DNA of 60,408 nt, filler included, from Sphacelaria rigidula (taxonomy: Eukaryota), in assembly GCA_964200075.2 (NCBI GenBank). It is 9 parts of 9 records of this genome, joined end to end, with 100 filler letters (N's around TTAATTAATTAA, not from the genome) between each part and the next. Parts side by side here need not be neighbours in the genome. Positions count along the whole stretch, not along the records: positions 47,063 to 53,685 come from CAXNAA020018991.1; positions 53,786 to 60,408 come from CAXNAA020018992.1; 7 more parts are not named here. One strand, given 5' to 3'. A program made the translations under genes and the position numbers. Positions 48,919 through 60,408 of this stretch are shown in pieces. The notes under the pieces were generated by a model, which made no database searches, was not told the DNA's origin, and saw nothing but the letters and a program-made list of their open reading frames with translations. The number at the start of each line of letters is the position of its first letter. The stretch's first letter is position 1.

Positions 48919-48991
48919 TCCGTCTCGAAAGGTATGCGTGGTCAATGGTCAAATGACCAAGGCAAGCAACAAATGAGTGCCCCCCCCCCCC
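48919..48991 (+). mobile_element. Short LINE 3'-end copy between C-tracts, intronic
   Basis: CCGTCTCGAAAGGTATGCGTGGTCAATGGTCAAATGACCAAGGCAAGCAACAAATGAGTG + C-run; another C-run at 48904-48913. Confidence 0.85.
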
Positions 48992-49052
48992 TCTCTAAAC
49001 CTAGAAGCGAAAGCTTGCCCACGCAGCTAGCTGCAGCTCCAACGTTACATAC

Positions 49053-49234
49053 CTCTCGGAATGTCATGAGACTGGGAGTGTCGCCCACGGGAGGAGAGCC
49101 ATTGCACGTGAGATAAGCCACGGGGGTTTTGCGTCCTAAGGCTTGACTGCGTCCCACACACACGTCCATCCAGGCTCCGCCGCGCTTGTTCTCGGGGCGG
49201 GAGTAGGGATCCAGGTAGAAGTTGGCCACATGCT
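49053..49234 (-). CDS. Oligopeptidase A exon
   Basis: (E)[29 protein letters not shown]...[27 protein letters not shown] acceptor phase 1, GTATGT donor phase 0. Confidence 0.93.
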
Positions 49235-50725
49235 CTTTAGACGGGGCAAAGTTGATGGGCAAAAAAAAAAAAAGACCAAAAACACGAGTGAATACATACA
49301 TACAAGCTACAGAGTGGTGTCGCAACAACCCCCCCAGGTAAAGTGGCTGGTTTGAGAAGACAACATGTACATGAGGAATTCAAGTGACAAAAAGCCTGGG
49401 AAACGGAGTAGCTCTGAATTTCCACGCATAGGATTGTTCTCGACGATGTCGCCCATATATGAGGCGCTACTTGCAGCCTAAAAGCAGCTATCATGCGCTG
49501 TAAAGCTATTTTTTTCGTGGCAGTATTGGTGCTGGTTTGAGGCATGGGGGGAGGGGGACGGGGAGGATGATACCGCGGTATTACTCACCAGATCGATAAA
49601 GAATTGAAAAGAAATAGGGCAAGAACAGATCAATGCAATGAATGAAGGGAACACAAAAAAATGGGTGTAAAAAACAACTGGACACGGTAAACGAATGTAG
49701 CGTACATGCTATTCTACAGTACTCATTATTTTAATTTTTCATTTGCCGCACTTCGAACCCCTCCCCTTCCTCGGGAGGAGTCCGCGGTCTCAAGGGATCA
49801 ACCCATCTCTCCCCGTACATTCCCTCCAGTTTGGTCTCGCGGATTGGATCACGACCAACACTGCTACACCGTGTCAACTCTCGCCAAACAAACTTAGTCA
49901 ACTACTTCTGTTTACCCACGTTCTCACGCTTGTGACGATGGAAATCAGATACTTCGGAGAAAAACCCCAACGCGTCGGGGATTGAACCCCCGTTCTCTCC
50001 ACCCTAATGGCGGCAGTCGGATCATTTTCATTAACATCACGAGGGCTCACAACCGTACGCGCGTGAATGAAGGAGCGAACGCCTACACGAGAGGATAATG
50101 CTGCAAGCTCACGACAACTGCTGACCTGAGAATCAGTCAGCGCGGACGTGCAGCTAGCTCAGCGGTCAGAGTGACTCATTGACAGATAACACATAAACGA
50201 ACGGAACAGAATTCCCAGTGACATGTTGCTGTCACCGGGCATCGGGAACGACAAAGTCAAAGCTGACCTGTGTGCGCGCATGCGACGGTGTCCACGATAC
50301 CGTCTGATTCAGCCCGTCTGCGATATCTTGTACTCATTTTCGCTACACTTTTTCCCTTCAGTTCCAGTCGACCACATGGCACAACCGCCAATATGTGTCC
50401 ACCCTATTCCAAAAGGAGGCACCGGGCTTTATCCACCAAGCTTCGTAGCCATAAACCCAGAACAATAAATCATCGCTTCTCCCTCGGCCACCAGAAACAT
50501 GACGGCGTCAAAGCCGTCACGCCGAGCAGGTGTACACAATGAGTGTGTGTAAAAGTATGTGTGTGCTTCTGCCATGGTTGGAAGTGCGAGTGAGTGCCGG
50601 AACACATCGTGCTCTCCCTGACAACTATGCTACAGGAATTCCATCTACGAAAGTTACCAAGGGGTGTGCTGGGTAGAGGATTTCTTACTCTCGAGAATTT
50701 TAAAAGCCGTACTCTGAGGCCTCAC

Positions 50726-51090
50726 GTTATGGTAAACAGATTTTTGGCGCACGGATTGTTCACTTGTGGGACGTTCGACCCACATTTTGACCCCCAAGCA
50801 GGGAAAACCGCCAACACAAGTCTCGGACACTTTGCATCATCCCACAGAGGGGAGCCCAAAACTGTCGGGGGTCGGCAAGCACAGATTTTTGCGCACGAGT
50901 TCTTGTTCAGCGGCCAATCTCGAAACCTCGGAGTCGAGCGAATCTGAAAAGCAGACTAGGCTCCCCTCTGTGGGATGATGCGAAGTGTCCAAGACGTGTG
51001 TTGGCGGTTTTCCCTGCTTGATGGTCAAAAGGTTGATCAAACGCCCTAAAAGTGAACAATCCGTGCGCCAAAAATATGTTTGCCATAACA
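50726..51090. mobile_element. Second copy of the fold-back element, left arm shortened
   Basis: GTTATGG.AAACA.ATTTTTGGCGCACGGATTGTTCACTT... and its reverse complement ending TTGCCATAAC; central GGTCGGCAAGCA.AGATTT shared with 19775-19800. Confidence 0.85.
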
Positions 51091-51659
51091 TCCGGCCTGA
51101 GCACCCACAACCTGGGTAGAGGGTTGAGATTGTACTTGACGATACCCACATGTTGCGCAGAGTAACGCGATCGTATCTAACAGTACCCAACATTTCGGAA
51201 AAATTGGGAGATCGGACCATCGCAACACGAAATTCGGGGGGTGGGGTGAGTACCCACGTATTTTACCCTCTACCCAACACACCTTTGAAAGATAAATATT
51301 TTGCGCGACGCGGCGCGCTGATGACATGGTCGGCGTGCAAACTATGCCACGAACGAACGCAGCTGGGCGGAGGAAAAGTATCCTTCTGTGAACGAAAACT
51401 TCGGGGATACGCGCAACGAGACGAGGTGAGAGTGAAGGATACTAATGCGCTGCAACCGCGACGAATATCTCAAGGGCATGCCATCTACGACTCGCTGGAG
51501 TGACAAGACTGCGGCGCCATCATCACACCTCCCCATCCGGTGAAGAATACTATAAGCATGATGTACGCCACAATGGAACATAACAAAGAGCATAACAGTA
51601 CACGTTTCTCAATAGTGAGATGATGAATATAAACATGTCATTATTCAGCATGCTCTCCT

Positions 51660-51875
51660 TGTTGATCTCCTGTGTGAGTTCGACATCTTCGTTGACGAGC
51701 CCGCCCAGACATAGGAACTCAGTGGTCCGTGCGTACTTCTGGCCCGATGCTTCAATGACCAGTGGCGGGAGGAGAGGGGGTGGTATCGGCGGCTCCCCCT
51801 TCTTTAGTGTTTTTTCCCATAGTCGCATCAGGAGAGTCTCCGTCTTCTTCTCCGACACCGTAAATTTAAAGGTAA
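51660..51875 (-). mobile_element. RTE-type LINE RT fragment in the oligopeptidase intron
   Basis: F..TVSEKKTETL...IEASGQKY....EFLCLGGLV......TQEINK corresponds to the 'GL.I...KT...F.YLG' thumb region. Confidence 0.65.
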
Positions 51876-52021
51876 GTGGGGGGTTCATCCATCGCGTTGA
51901 TTGGGGACCATGTTCCAACCCAGGATCTTTTGCTCAAGAAGCACACAGAATTATCTTTTCATTCTGCCGCCAATGTGGGCGGGTGATGAGAACCTTGATA
52001 GACACATTCGTCGGAATCTTC

Positions 52022-52127
52022 CACACCATGGACACTTGTCGGCCGAAAATAGTCGCAATAGACCCATACTTGATGCAGTACACTTCTCGTCTATTGCATC
52101 TATTGACCATATATTGTCCAGGGTGTG
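52022..52127. mobile_element. 106-bp deletion derivative of the CACACC-TIR MITE
   Basis: CACACCATGGACA / TGTCCAGGGTGTG; perfect 8-bp TSD GAATCTTC; right half nearly identical to 46130-46195. Confidence 0.88.
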
Positions 52128-53432
52128 GAATCTTCTAATATTTTCCATTCCACGTGGTCGTATCTTGAAACAAACGCCTCCGTATGTTTCGCTCAAAATG
52201 CGTGAGAAATACATCACTGTGTGGTCAGGCCCGCGAGTGCGGTCAAGCACACCACGAGATCGTTCTCACTCGGGGAATCGCCGAGCAGGTGAACTAACCC
52301 TTTTGGAACCGTTGATGGAAAAGTGACGGTTGACACACTCGCACATGTGAGCTTTCGTCACCGGGGAAACGTCACTTCGAGAGTTCGGTGCGCGAATCTG
52401 CCACATCGGCATACTTGAACTCAGAGTGGTGCACCGTTTGGGTGGGCTGCATCATCCAACTCTTACGAAACAACATATATACATATACATGTATATCTTG
52501 CCCAAGAAAAACGCCAATTGTAAATCGTCACTTTTCCCATTAACGGTCCCAAAAGTGTTGACAGGGAATGTGTGTTGCCCCATTTCCCCACAAGCATTCC
52601 CCCCAATACATTGGGTCTGAGACTATACCATACAACCCTCTATGAAATAGGGGTGGCTCCTCCTGCAGCCTCTTCCAGTGTACCGGACATGGGCCCGGCT
52701 TCCGACGGGTACACCCGAAGCGGTCACTTTTTTCCCATTGTACCTTCCCTGGACAACTCTCGGATCTTGAGTCGATTCTTAGATATCTGACAGGCACACT
52801 CGCATTTGCTACACACGAACGGAACGATTAACCACGACTGAAATTGACTTTCAGGAATCGAAAATCCGACTCTATCCGCACACCCTTTGTATCAAACCAC
52901 GCCCGCAGTGGGCTCGTCCGTGTTGTCGGGGACGACCTGCTTGATGAATGCATTGCGTGGTCAACTCATGTGCCTGACGCCGTCGGGGTGACCTACGGCT
53001 CTGCAAGCTCACCTGCCCTAGCTCAACATCGCTCAAGTGCGCCTTACTGCTCGTTACCAGCCATCAACCCCTCCCGGAGAGTGCTTAATATTGCCCAACA
53101 GCTGCTACATATCCACGGCCGCCTCCCACAAGTATCCAACACACGCCCGTCGACTTCGTGGCTTGAGAAAGTAACAGAGACTGTTTCCACACACGCGAGT
53201 TATACAACATACAACATCTTACTATTGGTATTCAAAGCGTTCCCGTTCATTTCTTTTCTTCTTTTCTTCCCTCATTTTTTTGTGGTTGTGAAAGAAGAAC
53301 GAAATTTCTGTCGTTTTTCATGCATTCTTTTCTCCTAATCTTCGGGGAAGGGGATGTGAAAATCTGCACTACCTTCACTCCTCTCACCAAAACTCTTTCT
53401 TCTTCTTTCATTTTTTTTTTTTTTTCTCTCAC

Positions 53433-53559
53433 CTCCCGAAGCAGAGTCCGTGATTTTGAAGAAAGTAACGTCCGGGTGCCAGATCTCTGCATCTCCGTCC
53501 GCCGGCTTGATGGAAACTCCGAAAAGGCGTCCTGCCAAGCCAAACATGCCCTCCAGCAC
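53433..53559 (-). CDS. Oligopeptidase A exon
   Basis: VLEGMFGLAGRLFGVSIKPADGDAEIWHPDVTFFKITDSASG; 127 bp, CAG acceptor, GTGAG donor; G|AG completes Glu with the next exon. Confidence 0.93.
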
Positions 53560-53685
53560 CTGGAGACAGCGCGCGCAAGAGGGGGTAGGGGGGAAGAATG
53601 CACGGTTAGGACATATCATCACGACTCAAAATCACCAAATTCACGATTTCTTCGGCCTGATTGCCAACCAGACGGACACACGTTC

Positions 53686-53785
53686 NNNNNNNNNNNNNNN
53701 NNNNNNNNNNNNNNNNNNNNNNNNNNNNNTTAATTAATTAANNNNNNNNNNNNNNNNNNNNNNNNNNNNNNNNNNNNNNNNNNNN
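53686..53785. other. Artificial contig spacer
   Basis: 44 N + TTAATTAATTAA + 44 N. Confidence 0.99.
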
Positions 53786-55520
53786 AGCATCACCTGAGGT
53801 GCTTGCTGTTGTGGTGAGCGCCGAGTTGGGTGCTGATGTTGACGAGCGAGTGCTAAGGCGATTGAGTGCTTGTTGAGAATGAGGAAACACATTATGACTG
53901 GTATTCGCGAATCGTTTTGGAAATGATTGCAGCTTGTTATTGTGTGGTTTGTGCTCATGTTCGCGCATGAAACGTGGTTGTTGAGCGAGCATGATCGTAT
54001 CGCGTTTGCAGGCTAAAACTCTGGCGTACACGCGGATATTTGGCGTGTGTGTGTTGCGCTGATCTGGTTGGCACGAACGATGCATGGTGCTTGCTGCGAG
54101 GAAGGTGGCATTGCATGTGCTGAGTGAAATATTGGCATGCATGTGCGGATTTTCATATGCTGAGTGGAATTTGGCAGGCATGTACGAATTTTTGCTTGAA
54201 TGGTACTGATATATATGGTATCTGGTGGCGACCCAGGGTGGGGCGGTTTCCAATATACTGCTGTATGCTAGATGAAGAGATGCTCGTATAATCTTGTTCG
54301 CGCAGGGACACAGTCGAATCATAATTGTGCGGTTAACACGCACTGACTACAGGATATATGGATTGCTGCTGTTAGCTTAAAAATAAGCAAAACACTACGA
54401 AATGTGCTCGTACCGACTGCAGGAGACGGTGGCATCTGCTGTTAGCGTGAAAATGAGCTGAAAGGTACGAAATGCGTAGGCTCGTCGTATGTGAGCAGGC
54501 ATGACGCCAGTCCTTCCGATGGTTGAAGATAAAGACATTATGCGCGCATGCATCAATGATCTCTGACCGTGGCACATTTTGTATGGATTGTCACGTGTTT
54601 GAACGAGCACGTGGTTGGTTTTTCGTTCATGTCAGAACGAGCATGTGGATGAGGCGTCCGTTTGTTCGAAGAACTGGTGCAGGTGGACTGCAAGAGTGTC
54701 GAGGAATTGGTTGTTTTTTACATTTTGGCTGATGCACGGATGGAATATGACGGTCCAAGATCCAAACGAGATATAGAAATGTCCGGGATTTGCTCGAGAA
54801 GAAGAGTTCGAAAACGAGATCAAAAGGGGTGATGAATGGTGGCGGAGGTCAAGGTTCGTTCGCCGTCGTTGGATTAGTATGCATGACTTGACTAGAGGTT
54901 TGAGTCATGGCATTCCTTTGATTGAATGAAATGATGGCAAGTTGAAGCATTGAAGCTTTGACGGCGGGGACGCATGCGATGCATACGTTTTTGACGGTGT
55001 TGCAGAAGCAAGAGGCCAGGTGCGTTTTAGACTTATTGGGTACTTATTTCCTTCTAGCGTGAGGATGATGTATCATTTGGCTGTTGCACTCCGTTGCGCA
55101 GGTGTTGAACGTACAAAGAGTGCATTTTTTTATGTTGAGATTTACCTTGTCTCGGATGAGAGGTATGATGAGTCACGAATGCTCTGGAATTGGACGTTCG
55201 CCGATATTCCCGGTTTCGTGCCGATGAAGAATCAAGAGACTTGTTTTGGGCAAAGATTTTAGAATTCGGCGCCAGCTATCGCTTTGTAACTTGAAGTGGT
55301 GCAAGTAGTATGACTGCATGTTCATGAGAGACGATATTTTCTTGGGATCTCTTGCGAGTTGTTCGGAAGTGGGGCAAGCTTGTATGGAGCTGTTGTCGAA
55401 AGCAGCGAAAGAGATTGCTTTTCTTTGCGGGAAACGACGGGGCCATCAGGTATCAATGATGTCTGAGTTTGTCAAGCTCTGATGTAACCACGTTTTGGGA
55501 ATAATGAGCTTTGGGGGTGC
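53786..55520 (+). mobile_element. Very degenerate gypsy 3' region ending in the family PPT
   Basis: Faint similarity of 54630-54890 to 56720-56970; ends TTGGGGGTGC directly before an LTR. Confidence 0.35.
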
Positions 55521-55748
55521 TGTAGACTCTAGTCACCATTGTTACCTAAGGTTAGGGACATTGTGTAGGAAGAGTTGCGGGTCTGATCACCGGACTCTGT
55601 GATGGGTGACCTCCATGACGAGTAGAGCCGGTTTTGCCACTCTGGTGGAGAGAGGCTATGTTCCTGTTTTCTTGTACTGTGCTGAGGGTCAATATATAAA
55701 TAAGTAAAGCTGCTGAAGTCCATGTGCCGGTGATGGGAGGAGTCTACA
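55521..55748 (+). repeat. 228-bp LTR
   Basis: 9-bp terminal inverted repeats TGTAGACTC / GAGTCTACA; TATATAAATAA inside; preceded by TTGGGGGTGC and followed by PBS-like TGGCGATC. Confidence 0.8.
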
Positions 55749-55765
55749 TGGCGATCTGATCTTGA

Positions 55766-57277
55766 GTGACAGAAGTATATGAAGCAAAAGAACTGCAAAC
55801 ACGCTTGATGATGTGTGCTCACATAAAGGAGGTGGGCCATCAGGGCGTTGTGCCGACACTGCAGTGGCTGAAAGAGTATTGCTGTTGGTTTCGGATGGAA
55901 GAATATGTGACAGATTTCGTGAGGAAATGCTTGCATTGTGTGAACTCGAAAGCGGGTGAGACGGTCACGCGACCACTAGGGGAGACAGTGCATGGCACAC
56001 GGCCCGGTGAGGTGATGCGTTTTCATTATTTGCACGTTGGCGAAAGTGGTCCGCTGGGCGAGAGCGACCTGGATGAAGGCAACAGTTACAAGTACATATT
56101 TGTCATGATGGATGATCTGTGCAATTTCGCGTGGTTTGAACCCACCGAGTCTTATACAGCTGCAGCGACGGTGCAGCATCTGTTGGCGTGGTGCAAAGCA
56201 TTAGGTCCGCCGGAGGTCTTGTCTGGGTTGGTGACACCGCGTCGCATTTTCAGAACCGTGTGATGCGAGCACTGGAAAAGGCGCTAAAGCTGGACAGGAG
56301 ATTCGCGGTTCCTAACTCGCCGTGGTCAAATGGTACGTGTCAAAGAATGATGCGAGAGGTTTTCCAAACTTCAAGGGCCATGTTGCAAGAAGAGAGGCGC
56401 GACGTTCGTGACTAGGTGGGTCTGTTGACTGCCGTACAGTGGGCGTTGAACACAGCATTCCGCGAGCGCTACGCCAGCAGGCCATTTTATGCGATGCTTG
56501 GGCGGTAGAAGGTGGCATCAGTCGTGGAGGCGCAGAAGAAGTTACACAAGGAGGTGGCGCAGCGTGTTGAGAAGACTCGTGAAGTACAACGACGTTTTGC
56601 TAGTAAAGGACAGTTGCCAAATGTCATGGTGTGTGATCATGTGGTGGCTTCGAGGGTTTGGCGCCCAGGAACACCGCCGAAATCCGTAAGTACGTGGACA
56701 GGGCCTTGGAGGATCGTGGCAGCAGAGCAAAAACATGTCTACGAGATTCAGAATATCGTGAATGGCGAGGTGGAGGAAGGACGCGCATGTCGCACGTCCT
56801 CGATACTATGGGGACGAGGAACTGGACGTAACCGCGGATCTGAAGAAGGTGTTCCAGCTTGCATATGCTCAAGGAGACTTCGAGATGGGGGCCTCCGCGG
56901 AGATATCTGAGGCTCACGAAGGAGATGGCTACGATGTATACGCGTGGAATGGGTAGGTTTCGACGAGGACGAAAGTTCGTGGGAGCCGCTGGATGTTATT
57001 TGGAGAGGAGCGCCGCAGTTTGTACGATCTGAACTGCGGAAGTTGAAACTGAATAAGCACGTATGGGAGCGTCTGAAGGCCAAGTATGGTATCAAGCTGT
57101 GACTGGTTGTCTGGGTACTTCGTGGATGGACTGTATCATACAATTGGTGTGCGTCGAGTATACCACTTTGTTATCGTTTGCATGATTGTTCTTTGCTGAC
57201 ATCCCAGATTTGTTGTCGGTGCCTAGTGATGATCAAGCTCGTTTTTTATGGTTGAGTAAAACGTAGCTTGGGGGTGC
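55766..57277 (+). mobile_element. Gypsy integrase + chromodomain region, decayed
   Basis: CAH....HQG...CLHC, TVHGTRPGEV..FHYL, MDD, VGDTASHF, SPWSNG..RMMR, TWTGPWRI, chromodomain VEWVGF....SSWEPL; ends KYGIKL* then PPT TTGGGGGTGC. Confidence 0.92.
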
Positions 57278-57615
57278 TGTAAAAACATTTCAGTAGCACC
57301 TCCACCATGAGAAGTACGGTAGCATATGAATATTCGTTTGAATCCTGTGACAATGGGTTGGAATATAATTATCAAATGCGTAGCATATTGTGTTTGCGAT
57401 GGGAGCGAACAAGGGTCACTTCTGGCTAACGAAGTCTTGAATTCTCTGGAGCCTGTGACAGGGAGGAAGCCTCTGGAGCAGCACTGTGACCTTGTTCTGA
57501 TTACAGACAAGTCACCGGCTATCGACCCCTCTTGGACTCAGAACAAGGTCACAAGACTGCTCCATAGGCTTCTCACTCACTAGGGCTTGGAGACTTCAAG
57601 ACTCAAACAGTTACA
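57278..57615 (+). repeat. Probable 3' LTR
   Basis: Starts TGTAA after the PPT; candidate end TTACA at 57611-57615 (alternative TTACA at 57501-57505). Confidence 0.5.
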
Positions 57616-57799
57616 CAAACAGCAGCCTTCGTTATCGGAAGTAGACCACTGTACCTCCTTGGACACATATACTGTCAAGCCGTCATGGCCATACCCCAGA
57701 GATTATCTCATGACCTGATATCATGATGCAAAGTCCATATCCAAACGTCCATGGATCAATCCGCAGCTCACCATGCATCCGTACGTGTACTAGAGGTGG

Positions 57800-58700
57800 A
57801 CTACTCCAGAGCACCCCCAAAACTCCGCACTACTCGAGGTAAAAGGCGAGTTTGACAAACAGTAAACACCGACAATCACGTTCATGCTACCTTTGTCCGC
57901 CTGTTTGTGACACATGACCATGCAATGTCATGTTTACAAACGAAATTATCACTTGCAAAACTCTGAACAACGACACCTGAACACAGCGTCTCAATCGAAT
58001 TCAGTGAAGTCAATAACTCAGTCAATGACAATTTCCAGTCGTGGCATACTCACACAAAGCAAACGCGCCAAGAATAATATCATTTTGACCCGTAGCATTC
58101 GATCATACCACGCACTCAAAGCTTGATACCATACTTTTCCTACAAACGTGCCCGCACCTTGTTCCAGCTGACGTAGCTCAGAACAAATGTGAGGTACTCC
58201 TTCCAGAAAAATGGGCACACCATCCACATTCCCCTTCTTTCAGATGCGAAACACCATCCATGCGCTTATCCAAACAAACACATAGCAAGCCATCAAAAGA
58301 CGTGCCAGAGTAAAAAATCACTGTATTCACTCACGATTCCTTTAATCGTCAACCTCTGGGAATACTCACGTTATACTTATTCACATACAAGCCTACGCAT
58401 TGCGTAGCTTCCGCTCATTTTCACGCCAACAAAAGCAATCACCATCTCCTACAGTCAGTTTCTGCAAACCGCACAAAGATGATCCCACTTTTCTGCGCGA
58501 ACAACAGTATACGAGCATTATTTCATTCAGCACACAGCAGTGTACTGAAAACTGCCTCACTCTGATTTTCACCAGATATCGTACACATCGGTCACGCATG
58601 CATGCTATTATTTCACTCGGCAGCTTCTTTTCAGAAACCACAATGTATCATGCCTGCCATCCAGAGCAACACAACACATAGATTCAGGAACCACACCACA
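57800..58700 (-). mobile_element. Inverted degenerate gypsy 3' end (chromodomain tail and PPT)
   Basis: Minus strand AAGTATGGTATCAAGCT at ~58120-58137 is identical to the motif at 57082-57098; PPT TTGGGGGTGC on the minus strand at ~57811-57820. Confidence 0.6.
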
Positions 58701-58779
58701 ACCACCTACAATCGTACACAAAACGACTCAGGTATACAAGTCATAATGTGCTTCCTCATTCTCATCAAGCAATTACACT

Positions 58780-59130
58780 AGTACCTGCTCCTTTTAACAT
58801 CATCCAACCCGGCGCTCACAGCTTCGAATTCCCCCCAGATGATGTCCAGCTTCACCATGAAATCTGCTGATTCTTCAGCAGCATTGCATCGGAGATCCCG
58901 CAGTCTTCGTTCCAATGCAAGTAGTTGCACAGGCCGGTCGTCCTGTGCACGTCCTCCGTAAATGCGTTTCATCTCCAGCCAGGCTTCCCTGCCGTCAGGG
59001 TTGCCGCCGTGCTCGCATCGTGCGACGATGGCTGCGGCTGACCCTTTCGTAGCCTGTGCCAGGAGGAACCATAGGGACTTTGTATCACGTTGGTGAGTTT
59101 CTTACGCCCTACGCTGATCAAGTGTCGTCG
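58780..59130 (-). mobile_element. Copia-type gag fragment
   Basis: G..GWR*MKRIYGG.......LLALERRLRDL.....ESADFMVKLDIIWGEF..V...LD fits the copia gag helical pattern. Confidence 0.55.
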
Positions 59131-59383
59131 TGGGTGTCGGAACGGTCGGTGTGGTGTAATCTGGTCGCAGGAGGGAGTAGTATAGTATAGTCCCTTCCGC
59201 CTGCGTATCCAACGATTGAAAGTCTCCATGCGTCTCATATTTCTCGCGAGTGCCCACGAGCGCCCGTCCGGACTAGCAACTTGCGTGGGTCTGCCTCCAT
59301 ACTCCTCGAAGCTCACGAACCTGTGCACTTGTGAGGTGTTTGGTGTGGCCGTGGCGCGCTTCCTCGCAGTGGAGCAAGGCAAT

Positions 59384-59720
59384 TGTCACGGGAGATCTTG
59401 ACGGCTTGAGCAGACCACGTACCCGAGTGGGGCGCTGCATCGCGGTGCTTTTCATTATTCATTCAGACGTCACCCCCTGGTGTACAGCTATCTGAACCTT
59501 CGCTTTCTGAATCTCAGGCCTAAACCCCAACTGTAGAGCTTACAATATAGAGCCACGGAGCCGTCCTGACTAGAATGAACACTGGCTACAGTACTGGTTC
59601 CCGGACTGTTCCTGTCGGTACTTTGTACTGAACCGCACTGGCTCCTACCAGGCTGGTCGACTATATGCCTGGGAATCCACTTACGAGATCTATGTCCAAC
59701 ACATAATCTGCACCGTGACA
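59384..59720. repeat. LTR-like segment with 8-bp terminal inverted repeats
   Basis: TGTCACGG ... CCGTGACA, 337 bp; truncates the adjacent gypsy integrase; no TSD visible. Confidence 0.6.
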
Positions 59721-60408
59721 ACCGTCAGCTGGCCACCACGAATCTGCGATCCATTAGCGCCTTCTCGAGTTCTCTTACACGATTCTCATATTGTGATGCC
59801 GTATCGCTGACCCATCCCTCTTGCGGCCCCAGCGCTTTGCACCATGTCAACAGATGCTTCACCGTCGTCGCCGCAGTACAAGACTCCGCAGGCTCCAACC
59901 GCACGAAGTCGCTTGGGTCATCCATCGTTCCCAATATGTACTTGAACGGATCTCCTTCGTCCAAGCCATTGTCTCCCAGTGGACGACCCTCGCCAACACT
60001 GAGAAAATGGAAACGAAGCACCTACCCTGGGCGAGCACCATGCACCACCTCCTTGTGGGGACAGAGAACTTGCTCTCTTGCGTTGTAATCACTCGTCCAG
60101 CGAGAACAGAACTCTTTGGGCGTTGCAATCGCCACTATCGCACACACTACCTGCACACTGCAGTAAGCGAGCCCGAGCGCCACCAATGTTGCGATGCAGC
60201 GTGCCAACGACGCCATCCTGACCGGAAAGTATGCCTTCGGCCCAGCCTTTACGTCTACAGCAACAGGGTTGAAATTCACCGTCAAGGGCTCGACGCCAGC
60301 AGGCGGATAACCATGCTGCACTCGTCTGAAATGCTCGCTCTGTTCCGTACAGGCTCACGAATCTGACTCACGTCGCTCTCCGATATGCCGTTATCCGCGG
60401 CGGTTTGT
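59721..60408 (-). mobile_element. Gypsy deletion derivative, RT N-terminus fused to integrase core
   Basis: GYPPAGVEPLTV...VKAGPK.Y.P...LVALGL then VHGARPG..LRFHFL.VGE.RPLG...MDD..WVSDTAS; homologous to 55990-56310 and to 12380-12600. Confidence 0.88.

Noticed and set aside
32607..53559. STAND + ROCO + peptidase as a defence gene cluster
   Set aside because: The three genes lie on separate contigs joined by artificial spacers.

Overview
Eukaryotic, repeat-rich DNA with long GT-AG introns, most consistent with a brown alga or related stramenopile (inferred from an LRR-ROC-COR gene, gene structure and TE content). The window is not one locus. It is nine unrelated contigs of 6623-6624 bp joined by eight artificial 100-bp spacers (44 N + TTAATTAATTAA + 44 N), so nothing should be inferred from adjacency across spacers. 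Four fragmentary host genes can be spliced by eye with consistent reading-frame phase, all on the minus strand: an MNS1-like coiled-coil protein (3 exons), an sAC/ADCY10-type STAND NTPase region (2 exons), an LRR-ROC-COR (ROCO) GTPase (2 exons) and an M3A oligopeptidase A (3 exons, HEFGH). The rest is mostly mobile DNA: a decayed Ty1/copia pol, several Ty3/gypsy deletion derivatives (some with a chromodomain), a near full-length decayed APE-type LINE plus short 3'-end copies beside C-tracts, at least five MITE families with visible TIRs and TSDs, fold-back/hairpin repeats and tRNA-like heads. Two degenerate regions may be CxC-domain KDZ (Kyakuja-Dileera-Zisupton) transposon relics. Most ORFs in the supplied track are spurious. 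I found no complete novel multi-gene system. The best leads are the putative KDZ relics, the ROCO and STAND genes, the tRNA-like cluster and the C-tract-associated LINE ends.
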